A stretch of 64,000 nucleotides of DNA from Trichosphaerium sp. ATCC 40318 (Eukaryota > Protista > Tubulinea). The DNA is taken from contig JALMLS010000376.1 of assembly GCA_038496445.1 (NCBI GenBank), positions 310,001-374,000 on the forward strand, written 5' to 3'. Below are positions 39,212 to 53,000 of this stretch, one piece after another (the stretch's first letter is position 1; each line of letters begins with the position of its first letter). The notes under the pieces are model-generated. The model had not been told where the DNA came from, made no database searches, and saw nothing but the letters and a program-made list of their open reading frames with translations. The translations under genes were made by a program, and so were the position numbers.

Positions 39212-41579
39212 TTAAAATAGAGGGTAGTTGGCTTGGGATGCAATACCGCATGCGTTGTTTCTGTTTCTAGCCATCTTGACGAATCCACGATCACCCCAGT
39301 AGATAGACCAGGAGCTAAGAGCAAAAAGGTAAGTCCCAAAACATCAAAACTCAAAAAAAACAACAAAGCAAAAAAACGTGTTCTCCTACGCGAAACCAAA
39401 CGTACTTTTTGACGATCCAGTAGTCCAAACCAGGTCCATCAGAACCGTAACCGACAACAAGAACCTCATGATCGAGCTCCTCTGGGGCAGTCTTGCAGTT
39501 TGGATTGAAGTATACACCTTCGGTGTAGTATGTAAAGTCAGGGTTGCTGGCGTCAATGGCGATAGCTACAGGCCCGTATTGTGCTACAGCTTCCTTCAAA
39601 GCTTCCTCAGAACCAACAGTAACATTAACGTAACCAGTTAGTCTAACACCAGATGACTTAACAGCAGGTCTGCAGTAACCGTCTTGCATTTGGTATTTGT
39701 AATCAAACTCTGTGGCAAGGCCACCGTTTTCAACAATCCATTGCATAGCTGGAGCAGCTTCACCACCATCACAACCAGTATTTGCATCATCAACCCAAGT
39801 TCTCCATGAGCAATCAAGAATCTGAACAAAAGTGTAAGAACAAGACGGAGAAAAAACGAAAAAACAACGGAAGAAAAGGGGGTCGCTTAATCAAGTAAAA
39901 GTGAGCATACTTGTTGTTCGGAGAGGGAAATGAGGTGTCCAGTCTTTGCGAACCAAGCACCTTCAATAGATCCAGCAGTACCGAAAGTCCAGCAAGAACC
40001 GCAAGCACCTTGATCTTTGATTGGTGTAACACCACCAATATCACGCCAATCGATGGCATCAGGTACAGATGCGCCAGAGGATACGTGTTTTTGAGCGTGT
40101 GTCAATTTTGTTTGGGTTGGTTTACTTTTTGGGGTCATAACGTTTTTCCTAAAATTGGTTAGAACGCGCTTCAAAGGTGGTTTTTTTTCAAAGTAGACGT
40201 ACCATTCGTTAAAGTCGAAGTCACCGAAGTGGTTCATGGCGACTAGAGAGTCATTAGCCCGAGTAACGAAAAACTAAGGAAAAAACAGATCTTTTTGAGT
40301 TTTTTTTTTCCTCTGGCGCTAGTTGTTAGTTCGTACGTTTGTGGGTAGCTTTGCTTTGAGCGTTATGCTTTGCAATAATGTTCTTGTTGGCGTTGTAGAT
40401 TGCTGTTCTTTTTTCAACTTCTTCAACAAAGTGGAACTTTTGGAACTACAAAAAAGCAATAAGCACTCGAATACTTCATAATTAATGTATGAGTCTAACG
40501 GTTTTTGTAGACTGAATCACAAAAATCAAAAAGTAAAAAATAACGTCATTGTACCCTAGCAGCGAATTCTTCAAACTCGTTAGTAGCCTTTCTAGGGTTG
40601 AGGACGTTCATTTTTCCGAGCAATTGTTTAGCACGGTGGAGACGGCCAACATTAGCTTTAAAAAAAATTATTAGTTGATTTTATACATTTATAGACGAAT
40701 AAAAGTGGACAGTACTGTACGCTTACCTATTGGCTTTTGTCCTTCGCAAAGTTTTGGTTCATCAAAAACCATTTCGTCGACGTAGTTAGGAATGTAGAGA
40801 TCATAGGTGAACTCGTATAAATCTGGGTGACTACCAAAAACGAAATCGTAACCTAAATAATTAAAATTAGGCAAAAAATTACGATATTTTGGTTTAAAAC
40901 AACGATATTAATACGTACCCTCAAGGTATAGTTTGACTGGTACGCCCTCGCTCTCGTAGAAGTAGTAATGGGCGGTTTTGTTGAAGTTTGTGACTGTCTA
41001 GCGCAAAGTGAGCTTAGTGCGATCTAATTTATTGCGGGATTTCGTATTATGCCAGCAAGAACACTTACTTGAGTCCATGTGTCGCACATGATATTTCTTT
41101 GTTTAGATTTACCTGCGTACGTCCATGTGCTGAGATCAGGAAGAACAGTAACCATAGGACCTGAAAGAAACATCAGACGGTTGAACGGAGTCTGTTTTTT
41201 GTACCGGTTCCAGCTTCTTGAACAAAACATGTCATTTTATTGATTCTAGGTACAACCTCGTAAAGCAATTGCTAAAATAGTCGTTAGACGCAGTCGATAG
41301 AGGTGCAAAATGCGTACTTTGTCCCAACGCCATGTGTAGATGTCTTGGCCATTGTAGTATGACATACGTTGGCGATTATTGACGGCATCGTAATGCATAG
41401 CAACAGGCTCTTCCAAATTGACGTATGGGAGCGTGAAGATACCTTCAACATAGTACTAAGGATGGGTTAGAGCGCAAACATGTATTTGAAGTGTTTACTT
41501 GTTTTGGCCAGGTAGGAGGTGACTTTACAGCGATGGCTGCAATAGCGCAAACGGCTACAAGTAGCAAAGTGATGCGCAT
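39212..41579 (-). CDS. Papain-family cysteine protease with long N-terminal extension (26/29-kDa proteinase / counting-factor-associated protein D type)
   Basis: Signal peptide; LPYVNLEEP N-domain; I29 prodomain (MNHFGD); KDQGACGSCWTF, LDHEVLVVGYG, YWIVKNSW. Confidence 0.93.
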
Positions 41580-41842
41580 CTTGTTTTGTCGATTTGTCTT
41601 TTGAACTTTCGTGCACACGAACAATGTTGACTTCCAGCGGACTTATCTTTGTGGCCCACAAATCATCGGAGTAGCAGAAAATGTTTTCATTGAACAGAAC
41701 AGATCCACTGCTAAGTTCCGAAGAAAAATATTTAAAGTTGTCTGTTTCCGAGGCACACGTTAACCACACAGTGCATAATAGTGTCAATTATGATGGTATT
41801 TACAAATTACAGTTATTTTACAATTTTTTTGCGTTTCCAACG

Positions 41843-43858
41843 TTACAAACAAACATTGGATGCTATAGGTACGCAATGTGGTGTTCCTTGCTTACAACAT
41901 TGGATTGGACAAATTTGAACTGGATCATCTTGCCACACATTGAGTACCTCAGTCTAAAAAGCGATATGAACAGGTGGAAACAATGATAGCGCTATTTCTT
42001 ACCTTTAGTGCTGAACTAATAATATTTGTTGGGTAGTAAGCAATAACGGATGTTAAAAATTCAGGTTGCACGGATTTTGCTATACACATGTGTTTCCCTT
42101 CAAGTCCTTTCATTACTCTTTTATACAATTGGGTTTCTCTACGTTGGATTTTAGAAACAAAAGTTGAAGTATTCGCAGTATAGAACCATGGTGCGTACCT
42201 TATACGTCCGAATTTACATTGAACAAAGTCCCGATACTCTGAAGATAATCCAAAAATACTTTGTTTGTAATCTTGGAAAACAGGAGTCCAAGTACCTGCA
42301 GGATGAAGTTTATTAGCGCCCAACAAAAAAATACGAAATGCCAAAAGTGTCAAAATGTGTCAAAATCATTTCTTACCTAATGCGAGGGGTACTAACTCCT
42401 CTACATTACGCGGCTTCTTGAAAGCACTTTGTATCTCTTTCCAAGATTTTTCTGCAACATCCTATCAAACTGTGAGCGAAATAGTTCCAATAGAAAAAAA
42501 ATAAAAAGAATTTGTTATCCTCTAACCTGAAAATGTGGTGTAAGTGTTCCAATGTCTTCAAGTAATGAAGTTTGTGCTGTTGGTTGTTGTAATGTTACAT
42601 AACCGCGAGACTTTCCAGTTTGTTCATCAATTTGCTACAAATAAAATTAATAACAAAATTCACAGTTTCAGCCGTAAAACCACATCGAAAACAGACTTGA
42701 TGAAGGTTATCCATGGAATACTTATTCGTACCTTGCAACTTTTATAAAGCTCTGAAACAGTAACCCAGTGTGGCGGGTATTTAAAGCGTGCAACATCCAT
42801 TATCAACACTACATTAAAATTGTTAATAAACTTAGTTCAAAATGAAAAAAAAAACACCTCTTGCTTACCTTTGTCTTCTTTGGCGTTGTACGCAGCAAGA
42901 GGACTAAAATGTCCACTACCAGTTTGTCCAATACTCTTTCGACAATAAGATACCACTATACGTGTTGCGTCGGATGATACTGCGTTCTTAATTGTATTGC
43001 GAAAATGAGTTTCCGACCTAATCACAAAAACATGTTAGCATTGGCCCTGGTACAGATAATCCCGTCAATTGTTGTTAAATATGAACGTACGTTTCGCTTG
43101 CATAGTATAGGCGTGCATTCGCGCCATGATTTGCTGCCAGGCTTCAAAGTACGTTAGAACTTTGAAAAACGCAAAAAAAAATTACCATTTGAATTCACCA
43201 AAGGATATGCCTGTCTTCTTTATCTAATAGATTGGTTAATACATTACTATAGTTTTCGCGTATTTTTTTTCTTAGAGCGTCATTTACCTCTTCTACAGGA
43301 GTACACCCGAATTGAAGATTTTCTTCGCTAAACCACCTCCAAACACCTTTCCATACTTTCTTTGGGTCTATTGATAAACTAAGAGTATGTTAGAACAAGT
43401 CTCCACCCAATACAGGCGTTTTAGAAATCAAAAGCTAAACGAATATTTGTACTGTTGTTACAATAAGTACATACCTGTTCAAAGCCATGCATAATGTTGC
43501 TGGGCCACAATACGCTGGTTCCGCTTGAGTATAAAATTGAGAAGCGAGTGCAAAGTAGCCATCTGCGTTGCCTTTGGTTGTTTAGTGCTGTTGTATGAGG
43601 AAATGTTTTACCTTCAGCCAAAGCTCCAGCAAATATCGCTTTACCTTGCTTGGATGTAAAATCTATCAAGTTGGATGGTAGAGAACGTTTGTAAAAGCTA
43701 CTGAATCAAAATCAACAAAAAAACCGCAATAGCGCTTATACTTACGATTTAACAGGAGATATCTGCTGAGAGGTCATTCTTGTGCTCTTACGCGAAACCA
43801 TCGTGCATGTGGCTTTTGTGCGTAGTCTTCTTCGCCACGTATTCTTAACAGCAAGCAT
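41843..43858 (-). CDS. Phytochelatin synthase
   Basis: [19 protein letters not shown] (Cys), [18 protein letters not shown] (His), [13 protein letters not shown] (Asp); Cys-rich C-terminus. Confidence 0.95.
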
Positions 43859-44166
43859 TTGTTGTAGCAGCTATGTTAACATTCACTAATAACTTTCATG
43901 GACGAATAAAACCACGCGAAACCAAATTTCCTTTTTTGTAGAAAGCGTGTTTTCCCTTTTTACGCTAAAAATGGCGGCAAACGCATATTTGCGTGACCTA
44001 GTACACTCACCAATAGATAGCGCGTATGTAGAACTCAATACACTCGACACGTGGTTAAAAACCTGTTTCGTTATGTAATTTCGTCAGGGCTATAAAACAG
44101 CGATTAAATGAAGTATTCGCGTTTATTTTCGCGGCTAGTATGTACAAAAAAGAAGCCAAATCATTT

Positions 44167-47100
44167 TTATGAAAACTTGAATCTATCAAACCAAGAGTAA
44201 TTGTTATTCGCTTCAGGAACCTTAGCAGCCTCACCTACGCATATTTTTAGGACATTCGCAAATATTGTGTCATGCTGAGCACGTACCTTTGTTGTTTAGG
44301 AACATATAATCGTCCACTTTGAGGTTTTGGGCGACAGGATTGTACTTTTGAAAGTTGGGCCTAACACTATTTAGCATTGTGAAGAAATGTTTTTCATTTA
44401 CATACCCTGCTGGATAAAAGAATAAGAATCTCGTTATAACAAGCTCATTCTTCATTGCTACGTTAACATTATTGTTATAACCTCCAGTAGTCATGGATGT
44501 ATTATGTCTAAAGTCAGCTGCCTCAATGAGTGAGATGCAAGACATCTGTTTGGTAATCTAGGAAGGTACACCTGTGAGATAACTATGCATAAACGTTATA
44601 TTTTACCTTCCACATGCTGTTGCACCATCCATGTCCAGTTTGGTTACCAACATTCATGTATCTACAATAGTGATTAATGAGGTTAAAACATAGCTGAAAA
44701 TAGTACCCAAGTGAAACATTGCCTTGGAATGCGTGATAGATGCCTGGTACAAAACCTGAGCGTAATCCAGTACGAACTATTGAATGCCAGTTTGAAGCTG
44801 GACTTCCGTGAAATGCGTAGTATGAACCTGTTCGAGATGCTTGAGGCTTAATAAAAAGTAAGAAAAAACAAAGAAAATAATCTCATTTATTTAACGTACT
44901 GCTTGTCCATGTTGAAACTCTGCACGAGCACGAGCTTTGTATTCATTAAACTTCCTCTCGTGCTCAGGGAATGAATTAACAAGAACAAATTGATGTGGTG
45001 TTGCCATTTCCTACTTAACTGTAAACGAGCTAGAAATTGGTATAATTAAGTTTACCTTTAACTGCTTGTCTGGATGTATAAGCGCCATATGAGTTCTGTT
45101 ACTTCGAATGATCCAGCGAAGAAGAGGGAAAATTAGAACGCTAATATCATCCAAAGTTACTTTGAGATGTTCATCGCTCACACATTGAGATAGAACCTAT
45201 TAATCCGCTTAGAAAACGCTGCCACCAATTTCTAAAAAAAATCAGGAGAAAACGTACCGACACAGCAGGAATGCGAGCAATAGTCTTGAGCAGTAAATCT
45301 ATGTTCTGGGAACCATCATAGCTAAACAGCATAGTAGATTAATAAAATGTTTTATGCTTGAGTTCTAACGCACTTGTCAAATCCCATGCCTTTAGGGAAC
45401 GGCTCAAAAGATACTGGTAAATTAGTAGTACCCATGCGACCATAACCCCCTCTACGACCTCTTCGAAAGCAAGTTAGTTTCACGTGATCCAAAATAATCT
45501 TAAGTATTATACCTCTCTAATCCTACACCATTTCTATTGTAACCACGCATATTTGTACCGGATGCAGCAGAGCAAAGTAAATTGATTAACAGATCAACAA
45601 CTTGTGGATTTGTTCTGATTTCCTGTTTTTAAAGAAATAAATGAGCTCCTGAGAGTATTTTCATTAGGCTTGCTGGGTACCTTCGCTAAATCGCCACACG
45701 AGGCGGTTTCATGGGCCTTTTGACACTCTGGTTTACCACAAATAGGAATACGATATGACGTCTTGAGGTCAAGATTGTCGTCGCAAATTAAACAGTATTG
45801 AGGACAAGTTACAAATCTGAAGTTAATGTAGTTATAAAGATTTGCTAAAAATCCTTGTTGTCCTTCAAAAAGATTTTCCATTACTAAGACAAAAGGAGTT
45901 AGTAACAACGATATTTTTATAAAAGTTTTTCGAGTTTCGAAAGAAAAAAGGATTGGCGGCGTACTTTTTGCTTCTTGTTTTGCTTTTTCTTGAGCAAGTG
46001 GTACATTGTCACCAAGAAGAACGCGCACTGCTTTTGTTACATCGTCTAGAAAGGTGTTATATCAGCATTGCTGTTTTGTGATGACAATTTAACAAACTAT
46101 GTACCTTTTGTGAGATCAAGGGCGTTTAGAGCTTCGCTTCTACTGAATCCCATACGCATTACTTGTCTAGCAAGTTGTTCTCGAACCTCAGATACTTTAC
46201 CTTTTGGAGAAGCCTTCTTTGGTGACTCTCTTTGTTTCTTTTCTTCCAAGGCTTTTAGTATGCCTTCGTTACCTTCTGCTAGTATTTCCATTGCTTGGTG
46301 CGCATTGAAGTTACGATACTTCAAAGCCCATATAACACGCCTACGAGAGAATCCTATTTGCTCAAGCTGTGCCCACATTTCTGCTCTTTTGATGATGCCA
46401 CCTTCCTAAAAAATTCTTTTTTTAGTAAAATGTAAAGTACAGCTTGATTAATTCGTACGTCAACTGCTAATGCGTTTACAATCTTGTTCACTTGAGAGCC
46501 ATATTTATCATATGCAAGGAGTATAGCTTGCTCGGGGAATCCTAGTATAATTCTATCAGAGGAAAGATGGCCAGGATTTTAACAAACAAAGTCGTACCCA
46601 TGGATCTTAACTTTTGGAAGACAACCATATCAAAAAACTTTTTTAGCGGTGGTAGTTGCTCGTCTACTGCCATCCTCTCTTCGTCTTCAATCTCTTTTCT
46701 TATCTCACCACTTGACCGTAATGCAAACTCAGTCGCACGTGCAAAATCGCTCTCAAAACGTTTTAGTGCTTCACGTGATTTAAACTCTGAAAATCCCATA
46801 TTTATCATCGCTTGAAGCTTTGCTTGGTCTACTTTTGGTCCTTTTTCTTCTTCCTTCTCATCAATGTCCATTGCATCTCCTGATTCCTTTATATTTATCA
46901 AAGCCTCCATTGCTGCCTCTACATTATTCTTGTTATCAATCAAAGCCTTTCTAACTGCTTCTACTGAGAACCCCATTGATGCCAGTTGTGCTTGCTTTTT
47001 AGGGTCAGGTTCTACTGGTTTTTCTTTTAGAAGTGTTTTTATAGCTTCAGGGATATTATCCAAGTTGTGATCTAGTACAGAGTTCAATCTCGTTTCAAGA

Positions 47101-47793
47101 AAGTGCTGAAAAAACCGTTAGTCCAAAACCTCGCGATAGCTCTCTTTCACGAGAAGAAAGACGCTTACCTGTACAATGCCAAAATCAGTGTCGTAGTCAT
47201 CTAATACATGTCTGTTCAGTCTTGGGTCATGTGACTGAAATACAAAAAGCTGCGGTCTCGCCTATTTTTACATTTTGTTAACAAACAGCAACAAATCAGA
47301 GAAAAGTAGAAAAAATCGGTTTTCGGCGAAAGAAACGAAGGGTAGGGTTATCAATTGTAGTTTAAATAAAGATTAGAAGCCATTAGGTAGTAAAACGATA
47401 AGGCATACCTTGTCACATAGATAAAATCGTGTAAACTTCAGTTGGATTATTATTGGCTTCGTGTGTACCAAGCCCCACTGTTCGGCGGTATATTTCTCCA
47501 AGAAGCTGGTGTCTATGGAAAATCTACCAACATTCGGTTAAATACTTGCTGTGATGGTTTAGGCAGCGTTTGATCGCCAACAACGGTGTACGTAGCCCCA
47601 CAATTTTTTTTTGTGTAAAAACGTACCTAATTACGTAACAATGTGGGTGAGACTCTTCGTCGTAATAAAAACCAGCGTTTGGGCATGCTTTTTTCAACTT
47701 TGCTATATCTTCGTTTCGTAGGGCAAACAATTCGGTAGTATCGTATCCCTCTTCGTCAAAACCTTCAACAACGTTAATATTATCCCTTTCCAT
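44167..47793 (-). CDS. PARP6/PARP8-like mono-ADP-ribosyltransferase carrying five UBA domains and a C4 zinc motif
   Basis: Five MGF/IGF-type UBA units (46020-47000); YCLICDD...PICGKPEC; PLLRWIIRSNRTH, TPHQFVL, AFHGSPASNWHSIVRTGL (HGS 44802-44810), GIY, VITRFLFFY. Confidence 0.88.
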
Positions 47794-48019
47794 CCTTTCA
47801 ACGTTTTCAGATAAAATTTTTATTTCGTGTTTTTAGTCGAGTCACAAAACTTCTGTTCAATCCGGAAGTCTTCAAAAAATGAGTTGATTTGTAGTGTTAT
47901 TCCCTTTGTGTCGTTATGAGTTGCTTTTGACTTGATTGCACGTTGTTGGTCGGCCAACACATCAGTTAAGTGCAATTTGAGACATACAAATGTGTCAGCT
48001 TCACGTGTTGTTCAATAAA

Positions 48020-48255
48020 TGTGGTAACGGACGATAGAACAAGGGCGACACGTCATGGTTCTGCGTGTAATAAACAAGATCTGTGAAGTCCTGCACTGGA
48101 GCCATTCTCGCAGCCAAGAAACTGCCATTGCAAGTTATTAAGCGAGTCTTGATAGCCAGACATTCTACGTGCTTCTCTTGTGCGTAATCAGGTGCTGAGT
48201 CATCAAAACACCCCAACAAACAGGCTTGGGGTAAATCACAACTGTCAGCGTTGTG
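48020..48255 (+). ncRNA. Candidate structured RNA, possibly RNase MRP/P-like (P4-type pairing)
   Basis: AAGTCCTG(48086-48093) can pair with CAGGCTT(48221-48227) with a bulged U; several G-U-containing hairpins; GC-elevated block between divergent genes. Confidence 0.2.
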
Positions 48256-48276
48256 TATCAATAGTTCTACGCGTTG

Positions 48277-49941
48277 ATGGCATCAACACAAAGTAATATC
48301 GCGTTTATTGTCTTTTCAGGCGGTACGGCTTTAAATGGCTTTGCGTCACGTCTGAAGAAGTATACATCTAACGTAGCATACATTATCCCAATATCTGGTA
48401 ATGTTTACACTAGTGTATCTCAATAAAGTACTTACACGCTTAAATTAGATGATGGCGGTTCAAGCGCTGCGATAGTGAGGTTTCTAGGCGGCCCAGCAAT
48501 AGGTAAGCAACAATTACCGACTTTAACGTTAAACCCATCAAGGTGATATTAGAAGTCGGTGTATTCGCCTCGCTGCAGAACAATCAACATGCAAAGCGTA
48601 CGCAAGGCACAATATCAATAAAAAAAATACATGTCACTCTTTGAATTTCGTTTTACATTTCAATGAATTGAGACTCACTGTTATTAGACTTCTTTTGCAT
48701 CGTCTGGCAGTCTCTAGTAATGAGGATGCACGCTCTGAATGGGTATCAATAATACATGGGGTACTATGAATAGCATGTGTAATCAAACGTTTTAATGACT
48801 TGTTTTTAAGGAGCACAATTTATGGGCATCTGTTAATCCAGACATGGCTTCCATAATAAAATCTTTTTTGTTGCACTTTAATCATGCGTACGTTTTCATG
48901 CAAACCAAGTCTTTTGTTAGTTTACTTACAAATTAGATAGGCTATTGACACGTCCTAAGGAGACAGAGTCTAGATTTAATTATAGTAATGGAAGTATTGG
49001 GAATTTTTTCTTTACAGGAGCAAGGCTCTTTTTCAACTCTCTTGAATCAGCGATATTTCTTTTCTCAAAGGTCGCTTCTATTCCACCTGATTCTCTAGTT
49101 ATACCTGTAATCAATACAGTAAAGTCTATGACTGTAGGTGTTGAATTAGAGAACGGAGATAAAATCCTTGGCCAAAGCAATATATCTCATCCACCGCCAC
49201 AGGATTTGAGAGACTCCCAACTTGTACGCTTAGTGTTACTTCTGGCAACCTCTAAGTTATGGAATAGGTAGATAAAGACTGTGAAGAAGCTCTCAGCTCG
49301 CCTATAAAGCGTTTATTTTATGTTAACAACGACAAGCAAGAGTTTGTTCCAAAGCTTAATCCTACAGTGAACAAAATACTGAACCAACAAAATCACAAAG
49401 CTATCATAGTCTATGGCATGGGGTACGTTTAGTGCACTAGCGTACTTCAATAACCCTTAATCAATAGTTCATTATGGACAAGTATAATACCAAACCTCAT
49501 AGTCAAAGGAGTGGGAGAAGCTATATCAAGCCGTGGCTGCCTCAAATGTTTGTTTCTAAATACGTACTTGGTACTACATTGATTTAGTAGTGACTGCTCT
49601 TTGACATGTACTAGGATAGGGAAACGTTTGGTATGACAGCAATAGACTTTATAATGGCATTAACTAAAGCGTTAAACCGATTTGGTGAGTTAAAAAATGA
49701 ACCAAAGTTGTACTTGACACATGTCTTTTATGGCGTTGGTACGTCTGTGTCTGTAGATGTAAGCGCTATAGCGAAACTTGGTATAACTGCTATTGAAGTC
49801 AATTCTGTACCAGTACGTACAAATCATACTTGTTACTAGTTAGGCTTAACTTAATTTTAGAAGAGTGAGAAGAGAACTATTTTCGATAATGATTGTTTGA
49901 TACAGAAGGTTCTTTCATTGCACAAATCAAGGCAATATTAG
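48277..49941 (+). CDS. UPF0052/CofD/YvcK-family protein (yeast YNL011C / plant MEE18-like)
   Basis: VFSGGTALN, ISDDGGSS, GGPAIGDIRSR, GSIGNFFFTGARLFF, GQSNISHP, YGMGSLWTSIIPNL, DRETFGMTA. Confidence 0.9.
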
Positions 49942-50087
49942 GCCTATGAAGTTTTCCCATTAATACTTTGTACTCAATAGTATTCAATAAATTATTTTAA
50001 ACTAACACGTGAACATGCTTGAATCGAAAAAGTCAGATTTGGTCTGTTCGTCAATATTGGATTAATTCGGGCTTCTCTGAGCGCAAT

Positions 50088-53000
50088 ATGCGCGGTTTTA
50101 CTACTGTACTAATCGTTTTTACGGTGTTTTTGCTCGTAGAAACGACGAGGTCTACAAAAAGCTATCAAAACGATGTAAATGCCTCCAAAGAAAGTGAATT
50201 GAATATATTCATTGTAATGCACTCCCATCTGGGTACGACACATTGATTTTTTCTGAAGCATAGTCGCGTGAAGGTTCTAACGCGTCTTTGAAGACGTTGG
50301 TTGGGTCTGGCCAATAGATGAAGTGTATTCGAACTATATCCGTTATATTTATTCTACAGTGATTAAAGAGCTCTCAAAAGAGTCTTACAGAACGTTTACA
50401 TGTGAGCACGCATACTTTTTTAAGCGTTGGTGGGAGGAAGACGCAAATGTACAAGAGCAAGAAAATGCAACTGATCTTATCAACTCTGGTCGTTTTGAGT
50501 TTGTTTTAGGCGCGTGGGTACGTTTTTTAACATTCGCATGTCATTTCTATTGTCAGTTAAGGCGATTTTTAAACGTTTTGTACGCTCAAACAGCTGTTTC
50601 GTGCGTAGTGAATAAATTGTTTACTACTTTTCCAACCTTCCTTTTATAAAATTCATCACGTGATTAGGTAATGAGTGATGAAGCAACTACAGACTACGGA
50701 GCACTCATTAATCAAATGGTGACTTGTCTTATTTTTCTTACATTACTAAATACTCGTACTGCATAGACTTTAGGCCACACTTGGCTCTATGAAAAGTTTG
50801 GTATAAGGCCAAGGTACGGATGGCAAATTGATCCTTTTGGCGCTTCACCAGTTCAAGCAATGATACAAGGTTTGCTTCGCGTTTAAAGCTTGGTTTTGAT
50901 GTTAGAGTTTAGCTATGATGGGCTTTGATGGTCATGTTATATCTCGCATTGACTACAGGTTGGGAGCAGCTTAGTTTTCTCTCTAACTCACACGTATCTT
51001 AGAATAAAAGAAGCAATGTTGCGAAATAAAACCGCTCAGTTTGTATGGCGACCTTCTCCAAGTTTGGGAGCATCTGCTGATATACTCACACACGTTATGG
51101 ATGAGTACTCATATTGTACGTACCTACTCGTCCAAAATAAGCAACTAAAAGGGCTGGGATAGGTACACCTGGAGTTGTGCAGGAGGATCCTCTAATAGAT
51201 GGATTTTATTGGAACGGATATGCTGAAATACCAGTACCTCCTGAATATAATGTACGATTCAAGCAGTGTGTTTCCTAAAAACCCAAGAAGGTCTAGCTTA
51301 GTATTAAATGTAGGGCAAAAGTACACCAGTAAACGAGACTACGCTAGAACCGTACGTCGTTATGAAGATAGCTGGTAATCTTTGTTTAATTATACAATTA
51401 GGTTTGCTGATTATATTATTCGTAATGCAAAGGAACGTAGCGAGGGTTACCTAACAAACAATGTATTATGGCCATGGGGCTGTGATAAAACTCATTTTAA
51501 TGCAACCATTCAGTTTGAAGAAATGGATAAGGTAAAAGCCGAATTCGGCTTTCTATTTTTTTTCTGATTTCTTAATTCTTCTGGATTATCGTTTCTTATA
51601 ATTCGTAGATTATGCACTACTTGTGGGAAAACAAGAAGTATGAGAACTACACGGTGAAATACGCTACTGTTGGTCAGTTTTTCGATGCATTATACTCCGA
51701 GGAAATAGTATGGCCAAGACGTGACTTTATTGATTTCTTTCCATACCCAAATGACAATGTAAGCTATTGGGCAGGTTTTTACACATCCATGCCTAATTTG
51801 AAAAGCTGGATTCGTCGTTGTGAGCACATACTACGCATGTCAGAGGTACCTGAAACATTTTTGTTTAACTATGGTAAAAGTTCTTCTTATTGTTTTTAGC
51901 TATTGTATACAACTGTAATTGTATCAGATGCCACTGTGGATGATGTAATTCAAGGTCAAAATGGAAATACTACCTGGAGAGAAGAATATTTCGACCCGCT
52001 TCAAAGACTTCGTGAGGCAGTTGGTATGCTTCAACATCATGATGCAAGTCTCGTAGCAGGTATAATTTTCTCTAATAAATATTACTTAGGGAATAACGGG
52101 AACAATGACTAAAGTCGTTGAAACTGAATATTGGGAAGCTCTTAATGAAGGAGCTTCAGGTGGTTATAAAATAATAAAAGGTGCAAAAATAGAAATAAGA
52201 ATAATCACGTGATGACTGATAACGATTTTAGACACTATCGAAAAATTACTACATTATGAGGAATTGGAAGAAGATATTCACTTGACATTTGATCAAAACG
52301 ATATTGGTGACCATGAGTTTGAAACAAGAGTACGTTTTTAAATATGGCGGGTATAGTAATAGTTACTAGGCTGGTCTTCCTATTGTAGTGTATAACCCAC
52401 TAGGGTGGCTTGTATCACGTTATATTAGTATACTTGTTCACAATAAAACGTTTGTGGTAAGTAACTGATGGATTTTCTTGCTTTTTTACTTGTTTTTAGG
52501 TAAAAGATGACAAAGGACATATAGTTCCATCTCAAATAAATCCTTGCTGGAAGAATTGCTCTCAAGCTCCTTTTGAACTTTTGTTTTACGCTGAAAAAGT
52601 ATGTTAAATCCATTCCATAGTATCTTCAACTAATGTTTTTGCTAAGCTTCCTCCACTCGGTATAAAAAGTTATATTCTTGAAGACGACCCTAACAACGCC
52701 ATAATTGGTGAACCTTTTGTACCTACAGGTACATACAAGCAAAATATTCTAGAAGATCGCTTCTTTTTTTTTTCCTTATGTTGACTACCTCGTTTTAACA
52801 ACTTCTTAGAAGCCCTTTCTATTGAGAATGAGCATTATGCCATATTCTTTTCTAGTGATGGCGTTATAACGTCTTTATCCAATCTTGAGAAAGAAGTGTC
52901 AATAGACTTTGATTTTAATTTCTGGGAGTACAATAGCACAGGTAACAACTTACAACTCACCAATATGTTATTTGCTCAAACGTTATTTAAACCAGGACCT

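Noticed and set aside
41608-41722. Short palindromes and hairpins upstream of the cathepsin gene (similar ones at ~9350-9405 and ~24468-24527)
   Set aside because: Stems are short or have 1-2 nt loops and could arise by chance; not enough support for an RNA call.
15229-47793. Apparent proteostasis cluster (Hip, TCF25, VWA-EF1A, Trx-PUL, UBA-PARP)
   Set aside because: Interspersed with unrelated genes on both strands; eukaryotic adjacency without conserved synteny is not evidence of a system.
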